From assembly GCA_021848325.1 (NCBI GenBank), contig JAJZUU010000008.1, positions 3,393 through 67,392 on the forward strand: a DNA stretch of 64,000 bases, in the 5' to 3' direction. Both the position numbers and the translations under genes were made by a program. Within the stretch, counting starts at the first letter, position 1; each line of letters begins with the position of its first letter. A model generated the notes under the pieces. It searched no databases. It saw only the letters and a list, made by a program, of their open reading frames with translations, and was not told the origin of the DNA. Shown piece by piece: positions 17,037-27,620 of this stretch. This stretch comes from Pseudomonadota bacterium. GTDB taxonomy: Bacteria > Pseudomonadota > Gammaproteobacteria > Burkholderiales > JAJZUU01.

Positions 17037-19007
17037 TCATCCCTGCAGCAGCTTGATCTCCGCCGCCGCCAGGTTCTCCGGGATGCCGCGCAGCACCAGC
17101 ACGTCGCCGGCCTCGATGCGGGTCTCCGGGGCGGGATCGACCCCGCGGATGTTGCGCCGGCGCACCGCCACCACCTCCACCAGCAGCCGCTCCAGCCCCA
17201 TTTCTGCCAACTGCTTGCCCACCGCAGCGGCGCCCTGACTCACCAGCACGGAGTGCAGCCTGGGCTGGTCGGGTTCCCCCGGCTCCACGATCTGGTCGCT
17301 GGCGCCGCGGAAGAAGCCGCGAAACAGGCCGTAGCGCTGCTCCCGCACGTCGCGGATGCGCTTGAGCACCCGCGCCAGCGGTATCCCCAGCAGCATCAGG
17401 GCATGCGAGGCCAGCATCAGCGAGCCCTCCAGCACCTCCGGCACCACCTCGGTGGCGCCCGCCCGCATCAGCCGCTCCAATTCAGAATCGTCCAGGGTGC
17501 GCACGATGACCGGCAGTTCCGGGCGCAGGTCCTGGGTGTGGCGCAGGATCTTCATGGCCGAGGCCACGTCGGCATAGGTCACCACGATCGCCTTCGCCCG
17601 GTGCAGCCCGGCGGCGATCAGCACCTCGCGCCGGGCGGCGTCCCCGTACACCACGCTCTCGCCGGCGGCGGCGGCGGCCTTGACCCGCTGGGGATCGAGG
17701 TCCAGGGCGATGAACGGGACGTTCTCCTGTTCCAGGAAGCGGGCCAGGTTCTGCCCGCTGCGGCCGTAGCCGCACACGATCACGTGGCCGCTGACGGAGA
17801 AGCTGCGCACCGCCACGTCGTGCACCTCCCGCGCCCGCCCCGCCCATTCGCCGCGGCAGCAGTAGCGCACCACGGCGTCGGCATGGTAGATCAGGAACGG
17901 CGCCAGCACCATGGAGATCAGCATCGCCGCCAGCACCACCTGCAGGGTATGGGGGGCCACCACCTTCAGGCTGCCGGCCTGGGCCAGCAGCACGAAGCCG
18001 AACTCGCCGGCCTGGGCCAGCCCCAGCCCGGTGCGCAGGGCCACCGCGGGCTCGTTGCCGAACAGCACCCCCAGGCCCATGATCAGCAGCAGCTTCAGCC
18101 CCACGATCGCCAGCAGCACCAGGCCTACCCACTGGAAGTTCTGCACCACCACGTGCAGGTCCAGCAGCATGCCGATGGTGACGAAGAACAGCCCCATCAG
18201 CATGTCGCGGAAGGGCTTGATGTCGTCCTCCACCTGGTAGCGGTACTCGGTCTCCGAAATCAGCATCCCCGCCAGGAACGCCCCCAGGGCCAGGGAGAGT
18301 CCGGCAAGCTCGGTGAGGTAGGCGAGCCCCAGGGTGATCAGCAGCACGTTGAGCATGAACAGTTCCGAGGACTTCTGCCGCGCCACCAGATGAAACCAGG
18401 GGCGCATCAGCCGCTGCCCGAGAAACAGCAGCACGGCCAGCACCAACCCCGCCTTCAGGGCCGCCAGGCCGAGGGACATGCCGAGGTGCTCGTTGCCCGC
18501 GGCCAGGGCGGGGATCAGGATCAGCAGCGGCACCACGGCCAGGTCCTGGAACAGCAGCACGCCGATGACCTGCCGCCCGTGGGGCGACTGCAGCTCCAGC
18601 CGCTCCGCCAGCAGCTTGCTGACGATGGCGGTGGACGACATGGCCAGCGCCCCGCCCAGGGCGACCCCCGCCATCCACCCGAGTCCCAGCAGCATGTCCC
18701 CGGCCAGCACCACGGCCAGGGTGAGCAGCACCTGCGCCCCGCCGAACCCGAACACCATGCGGCGCATGGCCACCAGCCGCGGCAGGCTGAACTCCAGGCC
18801 GATGCTGAACATCAGGAACACCACGCCGAATTCGGCCAGGTAGCGGGTCTCCCCGCTCTCCGGGAGCAGGGCCAGGGCGTTGGGGCCGATCACCATGCCC
18901 ACCAGCAGATAGCCCAGCATGGGCGGCAGGCGCAGGGTGCGGAACAGCGCCACCACCACCACCGCGGCGGCGAGCAGGATCAGGACGAGTTGCAAAGTGG
19001 TATGCAT
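17037..19007 (-). CDS. CPA2-family monovalent cation:proton antiporter with RCK (TrkA-N/TrkA-C) domains (KefB/YbaL-like)
   Basis: Start taken at MHTTLQLVLILLAAAVV. It has about 12 TM segments, then a Rossmann motif (VIVCGYGRSGQ) and a C-terminal TrkA-C-like region. Confidence 0.85.
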   Translation of the reverse strand: MHTTLQLVLILLAAAVVVVALFRTLRLPPMLGYLLVGMVIGPNALALLPESGETRYLAEFGVVFLMFSIGLEFSLPRLVAMRRMVFGFGGAQVLLTLAVVLAGDMLLGLGWMAGVALGGALAMSSTAIVSKLLAERLELQSPHGRQVIGVLLFQDLAVVPLLILIPALAAGNEHLGMSLGLAALKAGLVLAVLLFLGQRLMRPWFHLVARQKSSELFMLNVLLITLGLAYLTELAGLSLALGAFLAGMLISETEYRYQVEDDIKPFRDMLMGLFFVTIGMLLDLHVVVQNFQWVGLVLLAIVGLKLLLIMGLGVLFGNEPAVALRTGLGLAQAGEFGFVLLAQAGSLKVVAPHTLQVVLAAMLISMVLAPFLIYHADAVVRYCCRGEWAGRAREVHDVAVRSFSVSGHVIVCGYGRSGQNLARFLEQENVPFIALDLDPQRVKAAAAAGESVVYGDAARREVLIAAGLHRAKAIVVTYADVASAMKILRHTQDLRPELPVIVRTLDDSELERLMRAGATEVVPEVLEGSLMLASHALMLLGIPLARVLKRIRDVREQRYGLFRGFFRGASDQIVEPGEPDQPRLHSVLVSQGAAAVGKQLAEMGLERLLVEVVAVRRRNIRGVDPAPETRIEAGDVLVLRGIPENLAAAEIKLLQG

Positions 19008-19141
19008 GGGCGGCGCACAGAGACGGAGAACGGGGGCGGGCATCCCGCCCGCAAACGGTCGACACGGCCGGTTGACACCCTGGCGCCGAGCCATGGGGGT
19101 CTCTGGTTTCGGGTCTCCGCTTTCTAGTATACTTGTAGCCC

Positions 19142-20146
19142 ATGACCCTTAAAGAGCCACAGGCAGGGACGCAGCAGCCCACATCCAACGCCCTCGACCT
19201 GGCGCGCCAGGTGCTGAAGATAGAGGCGGACGCGGTGGCCGCCCTGATCGACCGGGTGGATCAAAGCTTCATGCGGGCGCTGGAGATCATTTTACACTGC
19301 CCCGGGCGGGTTGTGGTCAGCGGCATGGGCAAGTCCGGGCACATCGCGCGCAAGATCGCCTCGACCCTGGCCAGCACCGGCACCCCGGCCTTCTTCATGC
19401 ACCCCGGGGAGGCCAGCCACGGCGATCTGGGCATGATCACCCGCGACGACGTGCTGATCGCCCTGTCCAATTCGGGCGAAAGCGCCGAGATCATGACCAT
19501 CCTGCCCCTGCTCAAGCGCAAGGGGGCGAAACTCATCGCCATGACCGGAAACCCCCGTTCCTCCCTGTCGCGGGAGGCGGACGTGCACCTGGATACGTCG
19601 GTCGCGCAGGAGGCCTGCCCCCTGGGGCTCGCGCCCACCGCCAGCACCACCGCCGCCCTGGCCCTGGGGGACGCCCTGGCCATCGCCCTGCTGGACGCCC
19701 GCGGCTTCGGCGCCGAGGACTTCGCCCGCAGCCACCCCGGCGGCGCGCTTGGGCGGCGCCTGCTGGTGCATGTCAGCGACGTCATGCGCACGGGCGAGGA
19801 CTTGCCCAAGGTCGCCGAAAACGCGCTGCTGTCGGACACCCTGCTGGAGATGTCGCGCAAGGGGCTGGGCATGGCGGCGGTGGTGGACGCCGGCGACCGG
19901 CTGCTGGGGGTATACACCGACGGCGACCTGCGGCGCACCCTGGACAAGGGCCTGGACATCCGCGCCACCCCCATCGTGCGCGTGATGACCCCCGCCCCCC
20001 ACACCATCGGCCCCGACAAGCTGGCGGCCGAGGCGGTTCAAGTGATGGAGCAATTCAAGATCACCGGCCTGCTGGTCACCGACGACGAACGGCATCTGGT
20101 CGGCGCCCTCAACATGCACGACCTGCTGCGGGCCGGGGTAGTCTGA
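19142..20146 (+). CDS. kdsD: Arabinose-5-phosphate isomerase (SIS + tandem CBS)
   Basis: GRVVVSGMGKSGHIARKIASTLASTGTPAFFMHPGEASHGDLG; followed by kdsC-lptCAB. Confidence 0.9.
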   Translation: MTLKEPQAGTQQPTSNALDLARQVLKIEADAVAALIDRVDQSFMRALEIILHCPGRVVVSGMGKSGHIARKIASTLASTGTPAFFMHPGEASHGDLGMITRDDVLIALSNSGESAEIMTILPLLKRKGAKLIAMTGNPRSSLSREADVHLDTSVAQEACPLGLAPTASTTAALALGDALAIALLDARGFGAEDFARSHPGGALGRRLLVHVSDVMRTGEDLPKVAENALLSDTLLEMSRKGLGMAAVVDAGDRLLGVYTDGDLRRTLDKGLDIRATPIVRVMTPAPHTIGPDKLAAEAVQVMEQFKITGLLVTDDERHLVGALNMHDLLRAGVV

Positions 20147-20168
20147 CCCCCCCGGACAAAGGCCCGAA

Positions 20169-20693
20169 ATGCAAGAATTCTTCGAACGCGCCAAACACCT
20201 GCGGCTGGTCATCTTCGACGTGGACGGGGTACTCACCGACGGCAGCCTGTATCTCGGGGACGACGGCCAGGAGTACAAGGCCTTCTACTCCCTGGACGGC
20301 CACGGCATGAAGATGCTGAAACGCAGCGGCGTGGAACTGGCCGTCATCACCGGCAGGACCTCCGGGGTGGTCAGCCACCGCGCCAAGAACCTGGGCATCG
20401 TCCATCTGTACCAGGGGGTGGAAAACAAGGCGGAGGCCTACCAGCACCTGCTGGAGAAGCTGCAACTGGCGCCGGAGGCTAGCGCCTACATGGGGGACGA
20501 CGTGGTGGACCTGCCTGTCATGCGGCGCTGCGGCCTGGCGCTGACAGTGCCTGACGCACCGGCTTTGGTCAAGGAACACGCCCACTACGTCACCCGGTTG
20601 GGCGGGGGGCGCGGCGCCGCGCGCGAGGCGTGCGAGATGATCATGCGCGCCCAGGGGACGCTGGAAGCACAGCTCGCCCACTACCTGCAATGA
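20169..20693 (+). CDS. kdsC: 3-deoxy-D-manno-octulosonate 8-phosphate phosphatase
   Basis: HAD motif (LVIFDVDGVLTDG) and YMGDDVVDLPVM; conserved locus. Confidence 0.9.
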   Translation: MQEFFERAKHLRLVIFDVDGVLTDGSLYLGDDGQEYKAFYSLDGHGMKMLKRSGVELAVITGRTSGVVSHRAKNLGIVHLYQGVENKAEAYQHLLEKLQLAPEASAYMGDDVVDLPVMRRCGLALTVPDAPALVKEHAHYVTRLGGGRGAAREACEMIMRAQGTLEAQLAHYLQ

Positions 20694-21262
20694 ACGACCG
20701 CACCGCCATATGGTTCCCCATCGGTCTCATGCTGCTGCTCGCCGCCGTCACCTACTGGCTGGCCCGCACGGTGGAACACCCGCAGCCCGGGCCGGAAGGC
20801 GCCGCCCGCCACGACCCGGACTATATCGTGGAGAATTTTTCCGCCACCCAGCTCGGGCAGGACGGTACGCCGAGTTATGTCCTCTCCGCGACCAAGATGA
20901 CCCACTACCCGGACGATGACAGCACCCAGTTGGAGCAGCCGGACCTGACCGAGTTCAGGAAGGGGCAGGCACCCCTGCAAGCTCGCGCCGAGCGGGGACT
21001 GGTCTCCCATGAAGGCAGGGAAGTAACGCTCATCGGAAAGGTATGGGTGTCGCGGCAAGCGGTCGCGGACCGGAGTGCGCTCACCCTCACTACGGACTGG
21101 CTGCGCGTCCTGCCGGACCGGGGCATAGCCAGCACCAACCGGCCGGTGACCATCACCGACGCGCATACCATTGTGACCGCGGTTGGCTTAGAATGGAACA
21201 ACCACACCGGGGTATTAAAGCTGCTCTCCCGGGTCAAGGGACGCTATGAAAAGGCCAAATAA
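20690..21262 (+). CDS. lptC: LPS export system protein LptC
   Basis: ATGA overlap with kdsC, an N-terminal TM, and its position before lptA-lptB. Confidence 0.8.
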   Translation: MNDRTAIWFPIGLMLLLAAVTYWLARTVEHPQPGPEGAARHDPDYIVENFSATQLGQDGTPSYVLSATKMTHYPDDDSTQLEQPDLTEFRKGQAPLQARAERGLVSHEGREVTLIGKVWVSRQAVADRSALTLTTDWLRVLPDRGIASTNRPVTITDAHTIVTAVGLEWNNHTGVLKLLSRVKGRYEKAK

Positions 21263-21815
21263 AAATCTCCGCACAACGCTTGCGCACCGCTGGCTGGCTG
21301 CGTGCCTGCTGCTGCTCGCCTGCGCCTCGGCCCAGGCCGAAAAGGCGGACCGGGACAAGCCGGTGAACATAGAGGCGGACCGGCTCACCGTGGACGATGC
21401 CAAGAAGACCAGCACTTACGAAGGCAATGTGGTGCTCAGCCAGGGGACCCTGGTGATCCGCGGCGACAAGCTCATGATCAAGCAAGACGCCGACGGCTTC
21501 GACCATGGCACGGTGTGGGGCAACCCGGCGAGCTTCAGGCAGAAACGGGAGGGCGTCAACGAGTACATCAACGGCTGGGCCGACCGCATCGAGTACGACG
21601 CCAAGGCGGACAAGGCCGAGCTGTTCGATCACGCGCGCCTCACGCGCGGTGGCGACGAGGTGCGCGGCAACTATATCTCCTACGACGCCAAGACCGACTT
21701 CTACCGGGTCATCGGCGCCGGCAAGGGCGCCGCCGGCGGCCGCGTGCACGCGGTCATTCAGCCCAAGTCCAAGCCCCCCGCCCCCCAGCCGGGCGACAAG
21801 GCCCAGCCCCGCTAA
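21246..21815 (+). CDS. lptA: LPS transport periplasmic protein LptA
   Basis: Signal peptide, then the OstA-like motif PVNIEADRLTVDDAKKTSTYEGNVVLSQGTL. Confidence 0.9.
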   Translation: MKRPNKNLRTTLAHRWLAACLLLLACASAQAEKADRDKPVNIEADRLTVDDAKKTSTYEGNVVLSQGTLVIRGDKLMIKQDADGFDHGTVWGNPASFRQKREGVNEYINGWADRIEYDAKADKAELFDHARLTRGGDEVRGNYISYDAKTDFYRVIGAGKGAAGGRVHAVIQPKSKPPAPQPGDKAQPR

Positions 21816-21842
21816 ACGCCGCCCCGCGAGAATCACCGAAAC

Positions 21843-22565
21843 ATGAGCGAGCTCAAAGTTGCAGGCCTGAAGAAGAGCTACCGATCCCGCGCGGTGGTGC
21901 GCGATGTCTCCCTCGAGGTGCGCAGCGGCGAAGTGGTCGGCCTGCTGGGCCCAAACGGGGCCGGCAAGACCACCTGTTTCTACATGATGGTGGGGCTGGT
22001 GCCGCTGGATGACGGGAGCATCACCCTGGACGGCAGGGATCTGAGCCGCATGCCCATCCATCGCCGGGCCCGCCTCGGCTTGAGCTACCTGCCCCAGGAG
22101 GCGTCGATCTTCCGCAAGCTGACCGTAGCCGAGAATATCCAGGCAGTGCTGGAACTGCAGCGGCTCCCGACGAACCAGATCGAGCAGCGTCTGGACGGAC
22201 TCCTGCACGAACTGCACATCGGCCATTTGCGCGACAACTCGGCCTTGAGCCTTTCCGGCGGCGAGCGGCGGCGGGTGGAAATCGCCCGTGCCCTGGCCAG
22301 CCAGCCTCGCTTCATCTTGCTGGACGAGCCTTTCGCCGGTGTCGATCCGATCGCGGTATTGGATATCCAGAAAATCATCCGCTTTCTCACCGACCGGGAC
22401 ATCGGCGTCCTGATCACCGACCACAACGTGCGGGAAACCCTGGGCATCTGCGACCACGCCTATATCATCAACGAGGGAACGGTGCTGGCCTACGGCAAAC
22501 CGAACGAAATCGTTTATAATGAAAGCGTGAGAAAAGTCTATCTCGGGGAGCACTTCCGGCTCTAG
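21843..22565 (+). CDS. lptB: LPS export ABC transporter ATP-binding protein LptB
   Basis: Walker A (GPNGAGKTT), signature ([15 protein letters not shown]), Walker B ([12 protein letters not shown]). Confidence 0.95.
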   Translation: MSELKVAGLKKSYRSRAVVRDVSLEVRSGEVVGLLGPNGAGKTTCFYMMVGLVPLDDGSITLDGRDLSRMPIHRRARLGLSYLPQEASIFRKLTVAENIQAVLELQRLPTNQIEQRLDGLLHELHIGHLRDNSALSLSGGERRRVEIARALASQPRFILLDEPFAGVDPIAVLDIQKIIRFLTDRDIGVLITDHNVRETLGICDHAYIINEGTVLAYGKPNEIVYNESVRKVYLGEHFRL

Positions 22566-22637
22566 TCCCGAGATGGCGGTTTTCCGTTCAGGCGCGCGGT
22601 GCGGCGTGTCCCTCTCGAAGTTCTGACCCCAAACCGA

Positions 22638-24077
22638 ATGAAGCATAGTTTACAGCTCAAACTCTCACAGCACCTGACCCTGACCCCGCAGTTGCAGCAA
22701 TCGATACGCTTGCTGCAGCTATCAACGCTGGAACTCAACCAGGAACTGGAAAACTTCTTGCAGGAAAACCCCCTGCTGGAGAGGGTGGACAGCATAAACG
22801 ACGAGCCTGTCGCGATGGAGGCGCGGGAAGCCTTGCCTCCCCCGACGACAGAGCCCGGGGAGACCGTCAAAGAGGAAGGCCCGGCGCAGCAGGAGAGCGA
22901 CGCGGAGGCGGGGCTGGAAAGCGAATGGGCGGCCGAGACCTCCTACTCCGCCCAGGACGACGAAGAGCGGGATTATCCCCTGATCGCCGCTGCCACCACC
23001 ACCCTGCGCCAACACCTGCTATGGCAGCTCAGCCTGACTCAGCTTTCCGACCGGGATAAGAAAATCGCCGCGCTGCTGGTCGATGCCCTCAGTGAGGACG
23101 GCTACCTGACCCAGGACTTGGAGGAAGTGGCCCAGCTCCTGCCGCCGGAACTGGAAATCGAGCCGGTGGAACTGCAAATCGCGCTGAACCATCTGCAAAA
23201 CCTCGACCCGATCGGGGTCGGGGCGCGCAATCTGTCAGAATGTCTGGCCCTGCAACTGGAGGCGATGCCCCCCGACGTGCCGTACCAGGAACAGGCGCTG
23301 CTCGTCGTGCACCACCACCTGGATGCCTTGGCCGCACGGGACTACGGCAAGCTGAAAAAGCTGCTGCATTGCGACGACGATGCCCTGCGTCAGATACAGA
23401 GTTTGATCACCCACCTCAATCCCAGGCCGGGGGCGGCTTTTACCGCATTGGACACCCGTTACGTCATACCCGACGTGATCGTAAGGAAGCTCAAGGGGAC
23501 GTGGATCGCCAGCCTGAACACCGAGGCCATGCCCAAGCTACGGATCAACCGGATGTACGCGGAGATCCTGCAGCGCAACCGCGACGGCTCCGGCCTGCAG
23601 TTGGCAAGCCAACTGCAGGAAGCGAAATGGCTGATCAAGAACGTGCACCAGCGCTTCGAGACCATCCTCCGCGTGTCTCAGGCGATTGTCGAGCGCCAGC
23701 GCCATTTCTTCGAGCATGGCGAAGTTGCCATGCGCCCGCTGGTGCTGCGGGAGATCGCCGAGTCGGTGGACTTGCACGAGTCCACCGTGTCCCGGGTGAC
23801 CACCCAGAAATTCATGCACACCCCGCGGGGCGTCTACGAGCTGAAATATTTCTTCGGCAGCCATGTCGCGACCGAGGCCGGCGGCGCCTGCTCGGCCACC
23901 GCGATCCGCGCGCTGATCAAGCAGTTGGTGGCCGCCGAGGAATCGAAAAAACCATTGTCAGACAACCAGATATCAGAAATTCTTTCGCAACAGGGCATCG
24001 TCGTGGCGCGCCGTACCGTCGCCAAATACCGCGAGTCCATGCAAATTCCCCCCGTAAGCCTTCGCAAGGCCATTTAA
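22638..24077 (+). CDS. rpoN: RNA polymerase sigma-54 factor
   Basis: MKHSLQLKLSQHLTLTPQLQQSIRLLQLS at the N-terminus and an RpoN box (ARRTVAKYRE) near the C-terminus. Confidence 0.95.
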   Translation: MKHSLQLKLSQHLTLTPQLQQSIRLLQLSTLELNQELENFLQENPLLERVDSINDEPVAMEAREALPPPTTEPGETVKEEGPAQQESDAEAGLESEWAAETSYSAQDDEERDYPLIAAATTTLRQHLLWQLSLTQLSDRDKKIAALLVDALSEDGYLTQDLEEVAQLLPPELEIEPVELQIALNHLQNLDPIGVGARNLSECLALQLEAMPPDVPYQEQALLVVHHHLDALAARDYGKLKKLLHCDDDALRQIQSLITHLNPRPGAAFTALDTRYVIPDVIVRKLKGTWIASLNTEAMPKLRINRMYAEILQRNRDGSGLQLASQLQEAKWLIKNVHQRFETILRVSQAIVERQRHFFEHGEVAMRPLVLREIAESVDLHESTVSRVTTQKFMHTPRGVYELKYFFGSHVATEAGGACSATAIRALIKQLVAAEESKKPLSDNQISEILSQQGIVVARRTVAKYRESMQIPPVSLRKAI

Positions 24078-24095
24078 CCACTGAGGATCTACCAC

Positions 24096-24422
24096 ATGAA
24101 CTTGAACATTTCGGGCCACCACATCGAGGTCACCCCTTCCATTCGTGATTATGTCACTGCGAAGCTGGACCGGATCACCCGCCATTTCGACCACGTGATC
24201 GACGTCAACGTGATCCTGACCGTGGAAAAGCTGGCGCAAAAAATCGAGGCCAATGTCCATGTGCGGGGCAAGGATATCTTCGTCCAGTCCGAGGATGCCG
24301 ATATGTACGCAGCCATCGACAGCCTGGCCGACAAGCTTGACCGGCAGATCCTCAAGCACAAGGAAAGAAGTAACAACATAAACCGCCAATCCGGCGCCGT
24401 GAAGCATCAGACATCCGAGTGA
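24096..24422 (+). CDS. hpf: Ribosome hibernation promoting factor (sigma-54 modulation protein family)
   Basis: MNLNISGHHIEVTPSIRDYV...; located directly after rpoN. Confidence 0.9.
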   Translation: MNLNISGHHIEVTPSIRDYVTAKLDRITRHFDHVIDVNVILTVEKLAQKIEANVHVRGKDIFVQSEDADMYAAIDSLADKLDRQILKHKERSNNINRQSGAVKHQTSE

Positions 24423-24423
24423 A

Positions 24424-24909
24424 ATGGACCCCTTGGCCAAGCTGCTGCCCCCCGGCAACGTACTGGTCGATCTGGACGTCAGCAGCAAGAAACGCGCCTT
24501 CGAGCAGGCCGGGCAACTGTTCGAGCACAACCAGGGCCTCAATCGCAACACCATCTTCGGCAGCCTGTTCGCGCGGGAAAAGCTCGGCTCCACCGGGCTC
24601 GGCCAGGGGGTGGCGATCCCCCACGGCCGCATCAAGGGATTGCGGGAAGCGGTCGGCGCGCTGATAAAACTGAAAAACCCGGTCCCGTTCGACGCCCCGG
24701 ACGGAATGCCGGTAAGCCTGGTCTTCATCCTGCTGGTCCCCGAGCAGGCCACCGACCTGCACCTGCAACTCCTGGGGGAACTCGCCCAGATGTTCAGCGA
24801 CAAGGCCTTTCGTGACCGCCTGCTGGGGTGCCGCGCCGCCGACGAGATGTACCGCCTGATAGCCGGATGGACCGGTCATGACGCAGATCACCGTTCAGAA
24901 GCTGTTTGA
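24424..24909 (+). CDS. ptsN: PTS-Ntr EIIA component
   Basis: EIIA-Ntr motif GLGQGVAIPHGR containing the phosphorylatable His; conserved locus. Confidence 0.9.
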   Translation: MDPLAKLLPPGNVLVDLDVSSKKRAFEQAGQLFEHNQGLNRNTIFGSLFAREKLGSTGLGQGVAIPHGRIKGLREAVGALIKLKNPVPFDAPDGMPVSLVFILLVPEQATDLHLQLLGELAQMFSDKAFRDRLLGCRAADEMYRLIAGWTGHDADHRSEAV

Positions 24910-25819
24910 CGATACCCGGGAGAAACTCGGCCTCGAGTGGATCGCGGGCAAGGGTGGGGGCGCAAGGCAGCTTGCCGGCGATAGTGCCCAGGAGCCGGGG
25001 CTGGCCCTGATCGGCCATCTCAATTTCATCCATCCCAACCGGATACAACTGCTGGGAGCCGCGGAAATGGCCTACCTGCGCAGCCTGGGCCAGGCGGGAC
25101 TGCAGCGGGCGATCAACACACTGTTTTCCCCGGAACTGACGGCCATTGTCGTGGCCAATGGCGAGCGGGCGCCCGAGATATTGCTGGCCACGGCGGACCA
25201 GACCGGCACCCCCGTGCTCGCCAGCCCGCACAAATGCCCGGAGACGCTGCGCCTTTTGCGCCATTACCTGGCCCAGGCCCTGGCGGACACGGTCTCCGTG
25301 CACGGCGTGTTCCTGGAGGTGCTGGGGATGGGGGTGATGATCACCGGAGACAGCGCCATCGGCAAGAGCGAACTGGCGCTGGAACTGATCACCCGCGGCC
25401 ATCGGCTGATCGCCGACGACATGGTGGACCTCTACCAGGTTTCCCCGGATATGGTGGAGGGCTGCTGTCCGGCGCTGCTACAGGGTTTCCTGGAGGTAAG
25501 GGGACTGGGCATCCTGGACATCAGGGCGCTGTTCGGTGAAATCGCGGTAAAACTGAGAAAAAACCTGAAACTGCTCGTTCACCTCAAGAAACCCGTCGAT
25601 TCCCGAATAATCGAGCAGGATCGGCTGCAGATGTACGCCTCCACGGAGACCATCCTGGGAGTGGCCATTCCGAAGGTACACATTCCCGTCGCCGCCGGCC
25701 GCAACCTCGCCGTCCTGGTGGAAGTCGCGGTGCGCAACCACATCCTGCGTCTGCGGGGCATCGACGGCAGCAAGCAGTTTTCCGAGCGGCAGCAGAAAAG
25801 CATCCTCGGGGGCGAGTAG
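24878..25819 (+). CDS. hprK: HPr kinase/phosphorylase
   Basis: P-loop (GDSAIGKSELALEL) and LEVRGLGILDIRALFG. It overlaps the ptsN 3' end by 32 nt. Confidence 0.9.
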   Translation: MTQITVQKLFDDTREKLGLEWIAGKGGGARQLAGDSAQEPGLALIGHLNFIHPNRIQLLGAAEMAYLRSLGQAGLQRAINTLFSPELTAIVVANGERAPEILLATADQTGTPVLASPHKCPETLRLLRHYLAQALADTVSVHGVFLEVLGMGVMITGDSAIGKSELALELITRGHRLIADDMVDLYQVSPDMVEGCCPALLQGFLEVRGLGILDIRALFGEIAVKLRKNLKLLVHLKKPVDSRIIEQDRLQMYASTETILGVAIPKVHIPVAAGRNLAVLVEVAVRNHILRLRGIDGSKQFSERQQKSILGGE

Positions 25820-25881
25820 CGCTTTTCGTCCGCCGCAAACTCCTTTATCCTATCCCGATTTAGCCTTCCTTCCCGCGCAAC

Positions 25882-26718
25882 ATGCAACTCGTTTTGGTCA
25901 GCGGCCTCTCCGGGTCCGGCAAGAGCATCGCCCTCAACGTCCTGGAAGACAGCGGCTATTATTGCGTCGACAATCTGCCCGCCAAGCTGTTGCCGGACAC
26001 GGTCCGCTTTCTCCGGGAAAGCGGCTACGGCCAGATCGCCGTAAGCATCGATGTGCGCAGCGGCGGGACCCTGCATCAACTGCCGCAGCACATCAATGAA
26101 CTCAAGGCGCAGGGCATCGACGTGCGTATCCTGTTTCTGGAGGCCAAGAACGAGACCCTGGTGAAACGCTTCAGCGAAACGCGGCGGCGCCATCCCCTGA
26201 GCAAGGGCGAGCGCTCCCTCCCGGAAAGCATCCAGATGGAGCGGGAACTGCTGCAAGAGGTGGGCGCCATGTCGCACCGGATCGACACCAGCGAACTCAA
26301 CCCCAACACGCTGCGCGTCTGGATCAAGGACTTCGTGGCCTCGGACCGTTCGCGCCTGACGCTGCTGTTCCAGTCCTTCGGCTTCAAGCACGGCATCCCC
26401 CTCGACGCCGACCTGGTGTTCGACGTGCGCTGCCTGCCCAATCCCCACTACGACCCGCAATTGCGGCCCCTCACCGGCAAGGACGCGGCGGTGGCCAGCT
26501 TCCTGGAGAACGACGAGAACGTCAGGAGCATGCTGGGCGACATCCGCGGCTACGTGGAGAAATGGCTGCCTTGCTTCATCCGCGACAACCGCAGCTATCT
26601 TACGGTAGCCATCGGCTGCACCGGCGGCCAGCACCGTTCGGTCTACTTTTCCGAGACCCTGGCCGGCCACTTCCGCACAACCCAGCAGGTGCTGGTGCGT
26701 CACCGTGAACTGGGCTGA
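25882..26718 (+). CDS. rapZ: RNase adapter protein RapZ (YhbJ)
   Basis: [33 protein letters not shown] and the C-terminal CTGGQHRSV. Confidence 0.95.
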   Translation: MQLVLVSGLSGSGKSIALNVLEDSGYYCVDNLPAKLLPDTVRFLRESGYGQIAVSIDVRSGGTLHQLPQHINELKAQGIDVRILFLEAKNETLVKRFSETRRRHPLSKGERSLPESIQMERELLQEVGAMSHRIDTSELNPNTLRVWIKDFVASDRSRLTLLFQSFGFKHGIPLDADLVFDVRCLPNPHYDPQLRPLTGKDAAVASFLENDENVRSMLGDIRGYVEKWLPCFIRDNRSYLTVAIGCTGGQHRSVYFSETLAGHFRTTQQVLVRHRELG

Positions 26719-26720
26719 AC

Positions 26721-27095
26721 ATGACGGCCCTCAAACTGGTCAAGGCGGGCGACTGGCTGGTGTTTTTGCTGGCGGCCGGCTTCGTGGCATGGCTGTTCGC
26801 CACCCTGTGGCACGGCGGCAGGGGAGAGCGGGTGGTGATCCGGGGCGGCGGCAAAATCGTGGCGGAGGCGAGTCTGCTCACCGACCAGACGATCCCGGTA
26901 CACGGCCCCCTGGGGACCAGCATCATCGCCATTCACGACCGCCGAGTCAGGGTGGCCAGCGACCCCAGCCCCCGGCAATATTGCGTGAAACAGGGCTGGC
27001 TGTCCCGCAGCGGCGAGGCGGCGATCTGCCTGCCCAACCAGGTCAGCGTGGAGATTTTGGGTGCAACCAAGGCGTATGACTCCCTCAACTATTAG
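26721..27095 (+). CDS. NusG domain II-containing membrane protein
   Basis: N-terminal TM, then QYCVKQGWLSRSGEAAICLPNQVSVEI, the typical NusG_II motif. It is paired with a Gx transporter gene. Confidence 0.7.
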   Translation: MTALKLVKAGDWLVFLLAAGFVAWLFATLWHGGRGERVVIRGGGKIVAEASLLTDQTIPVHGPLGTSIIAIHDRRVRVASDPSPRQYCVKQGWLSRSGEAAICLPNQVSVEILGATKAYDSLNY

Positions 27096-27618
27096 CCTCG
27101 AGGCAACCCCGGAAGACCACCAGATCGCCAAAATGGCGGCGCTGGCCATCGGCCTGTCCCTGGCCGAGGCCGCCATCCCCTCGCCACTGCCGGGGATCAA
27201 GCCGGGCCTGGCCAATATCATGACCCTGTTGGTGTTGCAGCGCTACGGCCTCAATGCGGCGATCTGGGTATCGCTGCTCAGGGTGGTCGCCGGCAGCCTG
27301 ATCCTGGGGACCTTTCTCTCGCCCTCGTTCGCCCTCAGCTTCGGCGGCGCGCTGGCCAGCCTCGCGGCGCTGTCCCTGGCAAGACATCTCCCCGGGGCGT
27401 GGTTCGGCCCGGTGAGCTTGAGCATCCTCGCCTCGTTCGCCCATATCGGCGGCCAGCTCGCCATTGTCTACCTGTGGCTGATCCCCCACGCCGGGGTTGC
27501 CTATTTGGTACCCGTTTTCGGCGCCGCCGCACTCCTGTTCGGAACGGTAAACGGGGTGGCAGTGGCAAGACTGTCGGCCGGCGGCGCGCCCTGGGGCGCC
27601 TGGCAGTCCATCCAATGA
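27076..27618 (+). CDS. Gx transporter family protein (heptaprenyl diphosphate synthase component I-like)
   Basis: AEAAIPSPLPGIKPGLANIMTLLVL motif and 5 TM segments. ATG 27061 is an alternative start. Confidence 0.7.
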   Translation: MTPSTISLEATPEDHQIAKMAALAIGLSLAEAAIPSPLPGIKPGLANIMTLLVLQRYGLNAAIWVSLLRVVAGSLILGTFLSPSFALSFGGALASLAALSLARHLPGAWFGPVSLSILASFAHIGGQLAIVYLWLIPHAGVAYLVPVFGAAALLFGTVNGVAVARLSAGGAPWGAWQSIQ

Positions 27619-27620
27619 TC

